This document shows positions 18,751 to 27,913 of a stretch of 64,000 nt of DNA, piece by piece. The position numbers were made by a program, and so were the translations under genes. Under the pieces are notes generated by a model that ran no database searches, was not told the origin of the DNA, and worked only from the letters and a program-made list of their open reading frames with translations. Every line of letters starts with the position of its first letter. Position 1 is the stretch's first letter. Origin of the DNA: an uncultured Gemmatimonadota bacterium. Its GTDB lineage: Bacteria > Gemmatimonadota > CAZMKB01. The stretch lies in contig CAZZKG010000003.1 of assembly GCA_964654825.1 (NCBI GenBank), forward strand, positions 26,531-90,530, given 5' to 3'.

Positions 18751-20358
18751 ATGATGAGAAATGCGGCGGTTCTTCTCTGCGTGTTGTTCCTCGCGGGCAC
18801 GAGTACAATATCCGCCCAGGAGAGCTGGTTCGACAACAGCGTGATTGTCGGTGTCCCCGACGGATTCGATCCGTTTCAGGAAGCGATCGGTCAGATAGAA
18901 GAGGACCTGAACATACTGATCACACCCGAAGATGCCATCGAAATCTTCTGCGCCTGGTACGTAGAAGGGGATGAAATAAACGCGATCGAGCTGCACGAGT
19001 TCGAATTCCAGGGCCTCGCAGGGACGGGCCCGACGGTGCCGGAGGTGATCGCCGCATACGAATCCGTCGGTCTTCACGCGGAGCCGCGGTACATGTACGA
19101 GACGTTTCAGTCTCCCCGCATGAAATTTTCTCACCGGGAGCCGGTGACCATACCGGATTCCCTCTTTCTGAAACAGGTGCCGTACCCGCTGGGTGGGACA
19201 GATCCCGAGACCGGTTTCCGGTACACGAAGATCGTCGAGTCCTGGGGCGAGGTCGACACGGAGGACTTCCAGGAAGTTGTGCTCCAGATAAATGACACGG
19301 GTGTCTGGTGGTACCACAAGGATTTCGGTCCGAACCTCTGGCAGAACCTCGGTGAGGATCTCAACAACGACGGGAGCACGATCCACTGGTACCCCGACGA
19401 AGGGATCTGGTACTTCGATGCGTATGACATCAACGGGATCGACGATGACGGCAACGGCCTGGTGGATGATTTCATCGGGATCAACGCCTATCCCCCCGTC
19501 CACAACGATCCTGCGCCCGTTTTCGATCATCGATGCCATGGCACAATGGTGGCTTCCGTGGCCGGAGCGGTCACCGGCAACTGGTCCGGCATGTCCGGGG
19601 CAGCTGTCCCCGGAGTAGTGAAGATCCAACCGGTGAAGTGCGGCAACGCCAATACCATCGATTCCTGGGCTGCCGTTCGGGCACTCAACTATGCCGTCTG
19701 GACGACGCTTCATGGCGGAACTGACAGAGGACCCGTGCCGGTGGTCGTCAATATGTCCTGGGGTGGTTTGTTCGAGTCCAGACTGATCGAGTCCATGCTC
19801 GATTGTTTCACCGCCTACGGTGGGATACCGGTTTTCGCTGCCGGTAATTTCGGTTCATCCTGGACCGTCTACCCTGCTGCTTATCATTACGGCCCGATTC
19901 TAACCGCCTCGACTAAAGACAACGTCCGGGCCGTGTGGTCGAGCTACGGGCCCTGGATGTATCCTGATGGTCTCGCCGCACCTGGTAAAGATGTCCTTGT
20001 AATGGAAATGGATGTCAGCCCCGGCGATGTGAACCTCTCGTATATCAGAGAATCGGGGACCTCCTTCTCGGCTCCGCTCGTGGCTGCTTCGATCGCCAAC
20101 TTCTGGTCACAGCATGCGGAATTCACCAACGAGGACGTGATGACCGCCCTCCGGCAGCATTTCTTCAAGCCGGAAGATTACGACATCAACGATCCGCATC
20201 CCGATTCAGTCTCCGAATACTACGGGAAGGGGATCGTGGATGTCCTGGGGCTCATGCGGCACGGGCAGGAAACCGTAGAGATACTGAAAACCGGGGATGA
20301 CCGTCAGTCCACTTCACCGGGACCCGAGAAGACTTTTCTATCATCGATCTTTCCGTGA
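18751..20358 (+). CDS. subtilisin-like serine protease (peptidase S8), secreted
   Basis: Signal peptide. Catalytic Asp (DDDGNGLVDD), His (HGTMVASVAGA) and Ser (GTSFSAPLVAAS). GAGGGGGGG RBS before the ATG at 18751. Confidence 0.85.
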   Translation: MMRNAAVLLCVLFLAGTSTISAQESWFDNSVIVGVPDGFDPFQEAIGQIEEDLNILITPEDAIEIFCAWYVEGDEINAIELHEFEFQGLAGTGPTVPEVIAAYESVGLHAEPRYMYETFQSPRMKFSHREPVTIPDSLFLKQVPYPLGGTDPETGFRYTKIVESWGEVDTEDFQEVVLQINDTGVWWYHKDFGPNLWQNLGEDLNNDGSTIHWYPDEGIWYFDAYDINGIDDDGNGLVDDFIGINAYPPVHNDPAPVFDHRCHGTMVASVAGAVTGNWSGMSGAAVPGVVKIQPVKCGNANTIDSWAAVRALNYAVWTTLHGGTDRGPVPVVVNMSWGGLFESRLIESMLDCFTAYGGIPVFAAGNFGSSWTVYPAAYHYGPILTASTKDNVRAVWSSYGPWMYPDGLAAPGKDVLVMEMDVSPGDVNLSYIRESGTSFSAPLVAASIANFWSQHAEFTNEDVMTALRQHFFKPEDYDINDPHPDSVSEYYGKGIVDVLGLMRHGQETVEILKTGDDRQSTSPGPEKTFLSSIFP

Positions 20359-20388
20359 GGTGAGGGACATTTCTGTCACCGGTGTCAT

Positions 20389-20976
20389 CTATCGATGAGC
20401 GGCACGCCAGTCGGAGTCGTGGAAGAGGCGTTCGAGCTGCTCTTTCAGCTCCTCGAGGTTACACGACATGTGAAGAAGGTCCTGGGAATGGCCGGTCGTG
20501 TCCTTTACGAACTCCGGAATAATCAATTCCTCGTGAAAACCCAGCTTGCGGAAAATCTTCTGGGCATCCACCTGCGGTCTCATCATCTGGACGACTATCT
20601 TCTCGAGATTCATCCGGGTCGCGATGATGTAAAGCTCTCTTGCCATGAGCATCCCCAGTCCCTGATTCTGGTATGAGCGGGCGATGATCAGACGCATCTC
20701 CCCTACGTGTTTGGTCCAGCCGTGCCCTTCCAGTTCAAGAGCGCCGTCTCCGACTATCTCATCGTCACGGACTGCAACTAATCGAACAACCTCCTCGGCC
20801 AGCTGACGTTTGATCCGCTCTTTGACCACCTCCCGTTTCGTCACGTCAACTCGAAGATACTTCCTGTCCTTCTCCGGGAGGTCGTCGAAGAACTTGAACG
20901 AGCGGTCGAGATCATCTTCTCTCATGTTCCGTATGATTATCTCGGTACCATCCTTCAGTTTTACCTTGTTATTCAT
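20389..20976 (-). CDS. GNAT family N-acetyltransferase
   Basis: Acetyl-CoA binding motif (RSYQNQGLGMLMAREL). 195 aa. Convergent with the S8 protease gene. Confidence 0.8.
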   Translation of the reverse strand: MNNKVKLKDGTEIIIRNMREDDLDRSFKFFDDLPEKDRKYLRVDVTKREVVKERIKRQLAEEVVRLVAVRDDEIVGDGALELEGHGWTKHVGEMRLIIARSYQNQGLGMLMARELYIIATRMNLEKIVVQMMRPQVDAQKIFRKLGFHEELIIPEFVKDTTGHSQDLLHMSCNLEELKEQLERLFHDSDWRAAHR

Positions 20977-21568
20977 ACCTCACTCCTCTCTTCCGTTTCA
21001 AACGGGAAAAAGGTCCTTCTCTACTGAAAACGCAGGGGCGCGATTGTTTTCGGTCTACTTCTTTTGATTATATCTCTCCAGTCGATTCGTGTCAACAGAA
21101 AGAGTTCCTTAGATTTCCTCCGGTGAGTTGTCAGGTGCGACCGGAACCATGCCCGGTATCTCCTTTCTCCATAGCTCACTGACGGATGGTGAAAGGGTAT
21201 GTTCATATTCCGAATCGGATATAATCGGTTTATTGGAAATACTGACGCCTAACTTAATGTTTACAATATTTATTGCATTAGTTCGGGGTTCTTTTTTTCC
21301 TTTCACATGATCGCAGAGAGCTACCAGGAGCTACTGGCGATATAATGGTCTTTTCAGACCATTCATCCCATCTCAAAAGCAAGATCCTGATTTTAAAGAA
21401 CTTCTGAAATAGGATTGCGACAAAACCTTATGACCCTGCTTCAGTCTTTTCGCGAGGTGGGTTTGAACTGTTATTCCGATTGTTGAGCATGAGGAGGTGA
21501 TAAACATGATCAAATAACAGTGGCACCTCGTACAACAGATTAATTTTACTACGAGAAAGGGGAGAGAA

Positions 21569-23113
21569 ATGAGAAATTTGATTATTATCATGATTCTGGC
21601 GTGGGGATTTATCGTTGTCCCATCTTCCGCCTTCACACAAATTCAATGGTCGGACAGGGTTATTATACCTGAGAGCAACTATACGAGTGGTGGTTTTTAT
21701 GGTGGGGATGGAGAGAGAGACATACCGGGTGAGTGGATCGATTGGTGTTTAGGTAACTATCTTCCCGGCAGTGGTTTGATATCCGATGATATGATATTTT
21801 CAACAAATGTTGGAAATTTTATGGTTCCTGGTGACTGGTATGAGAGGATGCGGATTAAAGAAAACGGCCAGATCGGCATCGGGACTGATAGTCCTTACCA
21901 GGCCCTGACCATGAGCGGTACAATCGGGTTCGAGGATGGAACGACACCCTTGCTGATGAACAGTGAGAATTGCTGCACCTACGGGAACCGCATGATCTGG
22001 GCCCACAGCCCGGGCTACGCGGATTGGGGTATCTACTATGACGACAATGACGATCAAATGCGCTGGCGAAATTTATCTGCTGATATTTTGACGGTTGACT
22101 TTATATCCGGCCGTATTGGCGTCAACACGACAAACCCGGTTGCCCAACTCGATGTTCGGGCCGAAGGCGGATATTCAGCAATCTACGGCTATCGTGAAGA
22201 CAACGGGAACTTAGGCATTATCGGTTATGATTCAGATGGAGTGTATGGATATAGCCCAATCAACTTCGGCACAGGTGTGACCGGTGTCGCAGCCGGTTCC
22301 GGGGCCTGCGGAGTTTATGGTAAAACGACCAATTCTCAGAGCTATGCAGGATATTTCTGGACAGATGTAGGAAACGGGGTCATAAGCGAGGGCCATTGGT
22401 ATGGCTTCAAAGGCGTGGCTGATCAAGGTACCGGTGTGAGCGGTGAACATTCGCCTACTGGCAATTATGGAGCCCTTGGTACAGCCTACTGGGCTGGATA
22501 CTTCACTGGTGATGTCTATATTTCAGGCAGTCTAACCAAAGGATCAGGTTCTTTCGTCCAGCCTCATGCCAAGGACCCTTCCAGGGAAATCAATTATGCG
22601 TTTTTTGAGGGCCCTGAACATGCGGTGTTCCTGAGAGGTTCGGCACAGCTTAAAGATGGCAAGGCTGTAATCGAATTGCCCGAACATTTTCAGATCGTTG
22701 CTGCTGAAGAAGGAGTACAGGTCCAGGTTACACCCGTTGAGGATTGTAACGGAATGTTCGTAGCAAACAAAAGCCGTGAACGGATCGAAGTCAAGGAACT
22801 CATGAGTGGGAAGCATAATGCAAAATTCGACTATTTCATCACTGCAATCCGTGATGGTTTCCAAGAACACGAACCTGTAACTGCAAACACTCATTTCAAG
22901 CCCGGAGACGATGAAAGTGCAAAGGAGTTCGAAAAGCGCTTCAGCCGAGACGACATGACCACAAGGGCAATGCGGTCAATGCTCATCTCGAACGGTATTC
23001 TCTCGGAAGACGGGAAGCTCAATATGGCAAAAGTCAGCGAATTAGGCTGGATTGTGGCAGAAGACAATTCCGATGCGGAGGGAGAGCGTCTGGCTGAGCT
23101 TCGTAAACGATAA
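21569..23113 (+). CDS. secreted phage-tail-fibre-like repeat protein (GIGT-motif beta-helical repeats, Gly/Tyr-rich)
   Basis: Signal peptide. Motifs NGQIGIGTDSPYQALTMSG and GRIGVNTTNPVAQLDVRAEG resemble tail-fibre 'GNVGIGTTSP..L.V.G' repeats. Followed by GxYGY repeats. The gene and its 5' flank are visibly AT-richer than their surroundings. Confidence 0.45.
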   Translation: MRNLIIIMILAWGFIVVPSSAFTQIQWSDRVIIPESNYTSGGFYGGDGERDIPGEWIDWCLGNYLPGSGLISDDMIFSTNVGNFMVPGDWYERMRIKENGQIGIGTDSPYQALTMSGTIGFEDGTTPLLMNSENCCTYGNRMIWAHSPGYADWGIYYDDNDDQMRWRNLSADILTVDFISGRIGVNTTNPVAQLDVRAEGGYSAIYGYREDNGNLGIIGYDSDGVYGYSPINFGTGVTGVAAGSGACGVYGKTTNSQSYAGYFWTDVGNGVISEGHWYGFKGVADQGTGVSGEHSPTGNYGALGTAYWAGYFTGDVYISGSLTKGSGSFVQPHAKDPSREINYAFFEGPEHAVFLRGSAQLKDGKAVIELPEHFQIVAAEEGVQVQVTPVEDCNGMFVANKSRERIEVKELMSGKHNAKFDYFITAIRDGFQEHEPVTANTHFKPGDDESAKEFEKRFSRDDMTTRAMRSMLISNGILSEDGKLNMAKVSELGWIVAEDNSDAEGERLAELRKR

Positions 23114-23253
23114 TCCACAGGAGAAAATATGTAACTATCTCGAGGTAGGCAGACCTTCCGGTTGACATGATCACGGTGACAGGGTATTATCCGGATGTTT
23201 ACGCAATCTCATGGAAAGGTAGATATGAATCATGCATCACGGGAGGAGTATTC

Positions 23254-24018
23254 ATGGATTGGATTTTCGACCCCCAGGCATGGATCGCCCTGGCAACACT
23301 GACCGCACTGGAGATCATTCTCGGTATCGACAACATCATCTTTATTTCCGTGCTGTCCGGTCGGCTTCACGGGAGACAGCGGGCACAGTCGAGAACGACC
23401 GGTCTCCTCCTCGCCATGCTCACCAGAATCCTGCTGCTCATTTCTCTGGCCTGGCTGTCGAGCCTCACGACCACTCTGTTCACTGTACTCGATCACCCGG
23501 TCTCCGCCCGTGACCTGATCCTCTTCGTTGGTGGCCTGTTCCTGCTCGGAAAAGCCACGTTCGAGATTCATCACAATCTCGAAGGCGCCGATGACACAGG
23601 CAAGCAGAGGAGTGCGGCTACTTTCTTCTCGGTGATTGTGCAGATAATGCTGCTCGATGTCATTTTTTCTCTCGATTCGGTCATTACCGCCATCGGTATG
23701 GCGGAACATCTCGCGGTGATGATAACCGCCATCGTAGTTGCTGTTTTCGTGATGATCGCCGCAGCCGGTCCGATATCCGATTTCGTCGAGGATCACCCCA
23801 CGGTGAAGATGCTCGCAATGAGCTTTCTCCTGCTGGTAGGCATGTCGCTCGTCGCCGAGGGATTCGGCCAGCACATCTCCAAGGGATACCTCTACTTCGC
23901 CATGGGATTTTCGGTTTTCGTGGAGATGCTGAATCTACGGGTGCGGAGCAGACGTGTCCAGCCGCCGGTGCGTCTCAGACGCCATATATCTCCGAAAACG
24001 GTCGATGGCCGCGCGTGA
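23254..24018 (+). CDS. TerC-family integral membrane protein
   Basis: LEIILGIDNIIFISVL motif and repeated TM segments with a second DxxxT motif (FSLDSVITAIGM). GGGAGGAG RBS before the ATG at 23254. Confidence 0.85.
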   Translation: MDWIFDPQAWIALATLTALEIILGIDNIIFISVLSGRLHGRQRAQSRTTGLLLAMLTRILLLISLAWLSSLTTTLFTVLDHPVSARDLILFVGGLFLLGKATFEIHHNLEGADDTGKQRSAATFFSVIVQIMLLDVIFSLDSVITAIGMAEHLAVMITAIVVAVFVMIAAAGPISDFVEDHPTVKMLAMSFLLLVGMSLVAEGFGQHISKGYLYFAMGFSVFVEMLNLRVRSRRVQPPVRLRRHISPKTVDGRA

Positions 24019-24125
24019 AGAGTCCCGGCCTGGTCCATGGTTAGCACGCGGGGACCTCTTCCCGATCCTGTGGGGTAATCGGCTGTTCCACAGTAGCAGT
24101 GATAGTTCTTTTCGGCCGGTTCTTG

Positions 24126-24155
24126 TTGACATATAATTTTATCTGTAATATAATA
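24126..24155 (+). promoter_or_regulatory. near-consensus sigma-70 promoter (TTGACA-18bp-TATAAT)
   Basis: TTGACA at 24126-24131 and TATAAT at 24150-24155, about 50 bp upstream of the beta-helix protein gene. Confidence 0.45.
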
Positions 24156-24205
24156 CTCATTAGTGAGAACCGGTTGTCTCTCCCAGGTTTACGCAGAGGT
24201 TTCCG

Positions 24206-26200
24206 ATGAGGTATCTTATTACCCTCCTTGTCCTTCTGAGTTTTCCATCAGTGACGCTGCCTGGGACGATACGTGTCCCGGAGGACCATGCGACGATCCA
24301 GGGAGGGATCGATGCAGCTGAGCACGGGGATACCGTGCTTGTTGCCGATGGTCTGTATTCGGGCGAGGGCAACAGGGATATCGATTTTTCAGGCAAGGCC
24401 ATCATCGTAACATCTTTCAATGGACCTGACTCTACCATTATCGATTGTGAGGGCGATTCCCTGAACCAGCACAGGGGATTTTTGTTCACGAGTTATGAGG
24501 ACTCCACTGCGGTGCTTCAGGGATTTACGATACGGGCGGGGTATGTGGGAGCATATCCTGACGAGGAGGGTGGGGCGATCTACTGCCTCATGTCATCTCC
24601 GACAATCAAGAACAACAGGTTCGTTGAAAATCGTGCTTCATACGGCAGCGTCCTCTACTGCGAGGATGCTTCACCGATAGTCACCGGGAACACGATTGAG
24701 GGGAATGTCGCAACTTCCGGCGCTACGATCTTGTGCAACCAGGCCTCTCCTGTGTTCAAAGAAAACACGGTTCTCTCGAACACAGCCGGCTCCTTAGGAG
24801 GCGGCATCTATTGCTGGGATTCTTCCCCAATCATCGAGGACAACACCTTCGGAAGCAACCGGACCTCATCTGGCGGAGCAGTATTCTGCGACAATCAATC
24901 TCATCCATTCATAACCGACAACACGATTACGGGGAACATCGCAGAATATTACGGCGGAGGGATTTACTGTGCCTGGAATTCATCTCCGATCATCGAGGGA
25001 AACACCATCAGCCAGGACAGCGCTTCCTACGGCGGTGGAATCTCCTGCACGGAGTCTTCTCCAACAATCATCGGTAATCAAATCAATGAAAATACAGCTA
25101 CACATGGCGGCGGACTCTACCTGGACTGTGATTCCGTCGTAGTTGCGGATAATACCATCATGGGGAATACAGGAGAATGGTATGGTGGCGGAATTTACGG
25201 CGGAGGACCATCCTCATTGATCAGCGGTAACATCATCGCAGGAAACATCCAGATCGATTCGCACGGTGGTGGAGGGGGGATTTCCTCGGGTTCATCAATC
25301 ATAGAAGGGAATCTCATACTCAATAACAGTGCGGGTGGGGAAGGGGGAGGAATAAGGTGTAAGAATAACGCCAACGCTTTGATCGTCGATAATACCATCT
25401 CCGGTAATTCATCTGCAGTATACGGAGGTGGGCTTTTTATTCTAAATGCCTCTCCAACAATTTGTACAACTACGATTACACAAAACACTGTTGATGGGAA
25501 GGGGGCAGGAATATACCTCGATATGGCATCACCAACCATAATCAGTTCTACCATCGCGGACAACATCGCCTCACGTCGGGGAGGAGGAATATTCTGCGAG
25601 TTCTATTCCAATTTCCCCATAATGGCAAACTGCATCATCTGGGATAACCAGCCGGACCAGGTACTGGGAAATTATCCGACCATTCTCTATTCCGATGTCA
25701 AGGGAAGCTGGCCGGGTATCGGGAATATCAATACAGACCCGCTCTTCGTCCTCTCAGAAAAAGGGGACTACCGCCTCCTCTGGGGTTCACCCTGTATCGA
25801 TGCAGGATTTCCCGACTCGCTTGATGCCGATGGAACCAGGAGTGACATGGGCGCCCACTCCTTCGACCAGGATGACTACCTCACGCTCTACATGACACCC
25901 GATACGAGTGAGGTGTCACCGGGTGGCCAACTCGGAGTTACCTATACGCTCATTAACCGATGGAGTGAGCCGGAACAGTGCTGGTTTACCTCCCGGATTC
26001 ACCTGCAGGGGGGGAGAACATTCCCGGTTATCGAGACGACCGAATACACCGTGCCGGCCGAGTATGTATTTCAAGTCCATCTGGAACATGATATACCTAC
26101 AGTAGCTCCTCCGAGGTACTGCGAATACCGTGCTCTCATCGGACTACCTCCCGGGGCATTGTATGACCGGGACAGTTTCAGTTTCAGCGTTGGCGAATGA
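24206..26200 (+). CDS. secreted right-handed parallel beta-helix repeat protein (PbH1/NosD-like)
   Basis: Signal peptide. About 15 tandem ~23-aa repeats of the form GGGIYC..SSP.I..NTI.GN.A..YGGGI, typical of pectate-lyase-fold beta-helix repeats. Confidence 0.75.
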   Translation: MRYLITLLVLLSFPSVTLPGTIRVPEDHATIQGGIDAAEHGDTVLVADGLYSGEGNRDIDFSGKAIIVTSFNGPDSTIIDCEGDSLNQHRGFLFTSYEDSTAVLQGFTIRAGYVGAYPDEEGGAIYCLMSSPTIKNNRFVENRASYGSVLYCEDASPIVTGNTIEGNVATSGATILCNQASPVFKENTVLSNTAGSLGGGIYCWDSSPIIEDNTFGSNRTSSGGAVFCDNQSHPFITDNTITGNIAEYYGGGIYCAWNSSPIIEGNTISQDSASYGGGISCTESSPTIIGNQINENTATHGGGLYLDCDSVVVADNTIMGNTGEWYGGGIYGGGPSSLISGNIIAGNIQIDSHGGGGGISSGSSIIEGNLILNNSAGGEGGGIRCKNNANALIVDNTISGNSSAVYGGGLFILNASPTICTTTITQNTVDGKGAGIYLDMASPTIISSTIADNIASRRGGGIFCEFYSNFPIMANCIIWDNQPDQVLGNYPTILYSDVKGSWPGIGNINTDPLFVLSEKGDYRLLWGSPCIDAGFPDSLDADGTRSDMGAHSFDQDDYLTLYMTPDTSEVSPGGQLGVTYTLINRWSEPEQCWFTSRIHLQGGRTFPVIETTEYTVPAEYVFQVHLEHDIPTVAPPRYCEYRALIGLPPGALYDRDSFSFSVGE

Positions 26201-26238
26201 CAGTATTCTCACACACTGGTACAGATGAAATTACTGCA

Positions 26239-26268
26239 TTTGACGGAGAGGGGGCGATCTGTTAATAT
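26239..26268 (+). promoter_or_regulatory. possible sigma-70 promoter (TTGACG-18bp-TAATAT)
   Basis: About 140 bp upstream of the ATG at 26412. Weak. Confidence 0.25.
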
Positions 26269-26411
26269 TTTAGGAGAGGAACGTTCTTCCCACAACCACA
26301 CTTCTTTTTCCACACATACATTTTCATGCTGCCTGTCCCTGCGGAGATCGTACCGCTCTTATGATTAACTGATTTATTCACTATTCATTTTCCTTCGAAG
26401 GGGGTGGAACA

Positions 26412-27380
26412 ATGATCGAGAAACTTCGTTTCTGGAAAAAACTCCTTATAGCGACCGTCGTGGGTGCCTTTTCGACTACGCTTGCCTTCCCTCAAGGCTA
26501 CGATACTCGGAGGAAGAACCGGGAGGCTGTCCCTGACATCGAAAATCCTCACTGGCTCTATGTAGAGAACGACACCGACGGGGATCTCCTTGCCGATGAG
26601 GAAGAGATCGCACTCGGGTACGATGAGAATGACAGGGACATGAATGAGAACTGGTGGCGAGACGGCGTTGAACTGGGAAAACTCTACAAGAATATAATTG
26701 AGAACCTGCCGGTCCGTGAGATGGGAGAGCCGGAGCCGTTTGGGATCTATAAGATCGATTACGTCGCCTACGGATTTGAGTACTGCATGGTGTGCGGTGA
26801 GCTGGTGAACATGGGCTATTACACGATCGTCAACCCGGTTACCGGTGAAGAGGTGGATGTCCAGAAGATGGGTTTCCACTATATGAAACACGGTTCATTC
26901 ACGTATGACGGTGGATACCACGATGGTCGCGTTGACGTGGTTGCTCTCGCCGGTGTTCTGCATGATCCTCATCTGATCCCTGTCACCGGCGACACCGATT
27001 CCGATTATCTCACCGACGCTGAGGAAGAATCGATCGGATCTGATGCAGAAGATCCCGACGAAGACGGCAACTGGATCACCGATGGTGCCGACCTGGCGCA
27101 TCAGATGGCTCAGGACATAAACGCTCTCCCCGTGGGTCCGCTGCCCGATCAGGTATACAGGATCGAGAACATGGCCTACGGCTTCGAAATCTGCGAGATC
27201 TGCGGTGAAGACGTGAATATGGGCTATGTCGAGATCCACAATCCGATGAGAGACACCTCATTTCAGCTCGACTATATCGCGTTGCATTCGATGGAGCACG
27301 AGAGCTTCGACTACGAGGGCAGCATCCACGAAGGAAGGATCGACCTGGTCACGCTCAAAGAAGTGCTCGAGGGAGAGTGA
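26412..27380 (+). CDS. secreted hypothetical protein with an internally duplicated ~135-aa module (DTDxD acidic motif + GFE.C..CGE.VNMGY + H..H.SF.Y.G..H.GR)
   Basis: Signal peptide. Two tandem copies of the module are alignable by eye. Each carries a CxxC pair and a His-rich stretch. No family recognised. Confidence 0.5.
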   Translation: MIEKLRFWKKLLIATVVGAFSTTLAFPQGYDTRRKNREAVPDIENPHWLYVENDTDGDLLADEEEIALGYDENDRDMNENWWRDGVELGKLYKNIIENLPVREMGEPEPFGIYKIDYVAYGFEYCMVCGELVNMGYYTIVNPVTGEEVDVQKMGFHYMKHGSFTYDGGYHDGRVDVVALAGVLHDPHLIPVTGDTDSDYLTDAEEESIGSDAEDPDEDGNWITDGADLAHQMAQDINALPVGPLPDQVYRIENMAYGFEICEICGEDVNMGYVEIHNPMRDTSFQLDYIALHSMEHESFDYEGSIHEGRIDLVTLKEVLEGE

Positions 27381-27913
27381 GAGACATCGAGAGAATAATC
27401 TTGCCGTTCATCAAATTTGATTTCCAGCTTGCTTACCTCGTTACTCTGACTCTCCACGGGTTGAAACCGCTGAGCCGCTGGGAAAAGGGGCTGAATCGAG
27501 AGTTCGTGGACCTCATCGAGGAAACCGGCCTTTATGTCAGGAAGATCCCACGATCCGTCAAATCCGGGAGGAAGGTGGAAGAGATCGTCTTCAGCCTTTC
27601 GGAGGAACAGGTGATGTCCTACTACGAGGAGTTTGCTGGTACGCCCGTCGATAAATCCGCTGCGACCCGGAGAAAGGAAGGATTACTCTTCGGTTATCCG
27701 GAGTGCTGCACCAAACACTTCATTACGAAACCATACGACCGGAATCATCTCAACCCCGAAGATCAGAAAATCCTTTTCCACTGGGCCTGCCCCGGATGTG
27801 AGCGAACGGAAGATCTCCTTCCGAAATATCGCGAGATCCACGGCTGGCTCAGAGACCTCGAGAACGGAAAACGGAACATCGTGACTGGAGAATCCCCACT
27901 TTTCGCCGACTAG
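27377..27913 (+). CDS. hypothetical protein with CC...C..C motif (GYPECCTKHF...WACPGCER)
   Basis: 178 aa. GTG start overlapping the upstream stop as GTGA, so the two genes are translationally coupled. Four-Cys motif suggests metal binding. No family recognised. Confidence 0.45.
   Translation: MRDIERIILPFIKFDFQLAYLVTLTLHGLKPLSRWEKGLNREFVDLIEETGLYVRKIPRSVKSGRKVEEIVFSLSEEQVMSYYEEFAGTPVDKSAATRRKEGLLFGYPECCTKHFITKPYDRNHLNPEDQKILFHWACPGCERTEDLLPKYREIHGWLRDLENGKRNIVTGESPLFAD

Noticed and set aside
20340-20395. Candidate hairpin between convergent S8 protease and GNAT genes (GGTGAGG...TGTCACC)
   Set aside because: The arms are imperfect and there is no U-tract. Too weak to call a terminator.
26221-26245. 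Possible sigma-54-like TGGTAC ... TGCA motif upstream of 26412
   Set aside because: The GG-to-GC spacing is far too long for a -24/-12 promoter.
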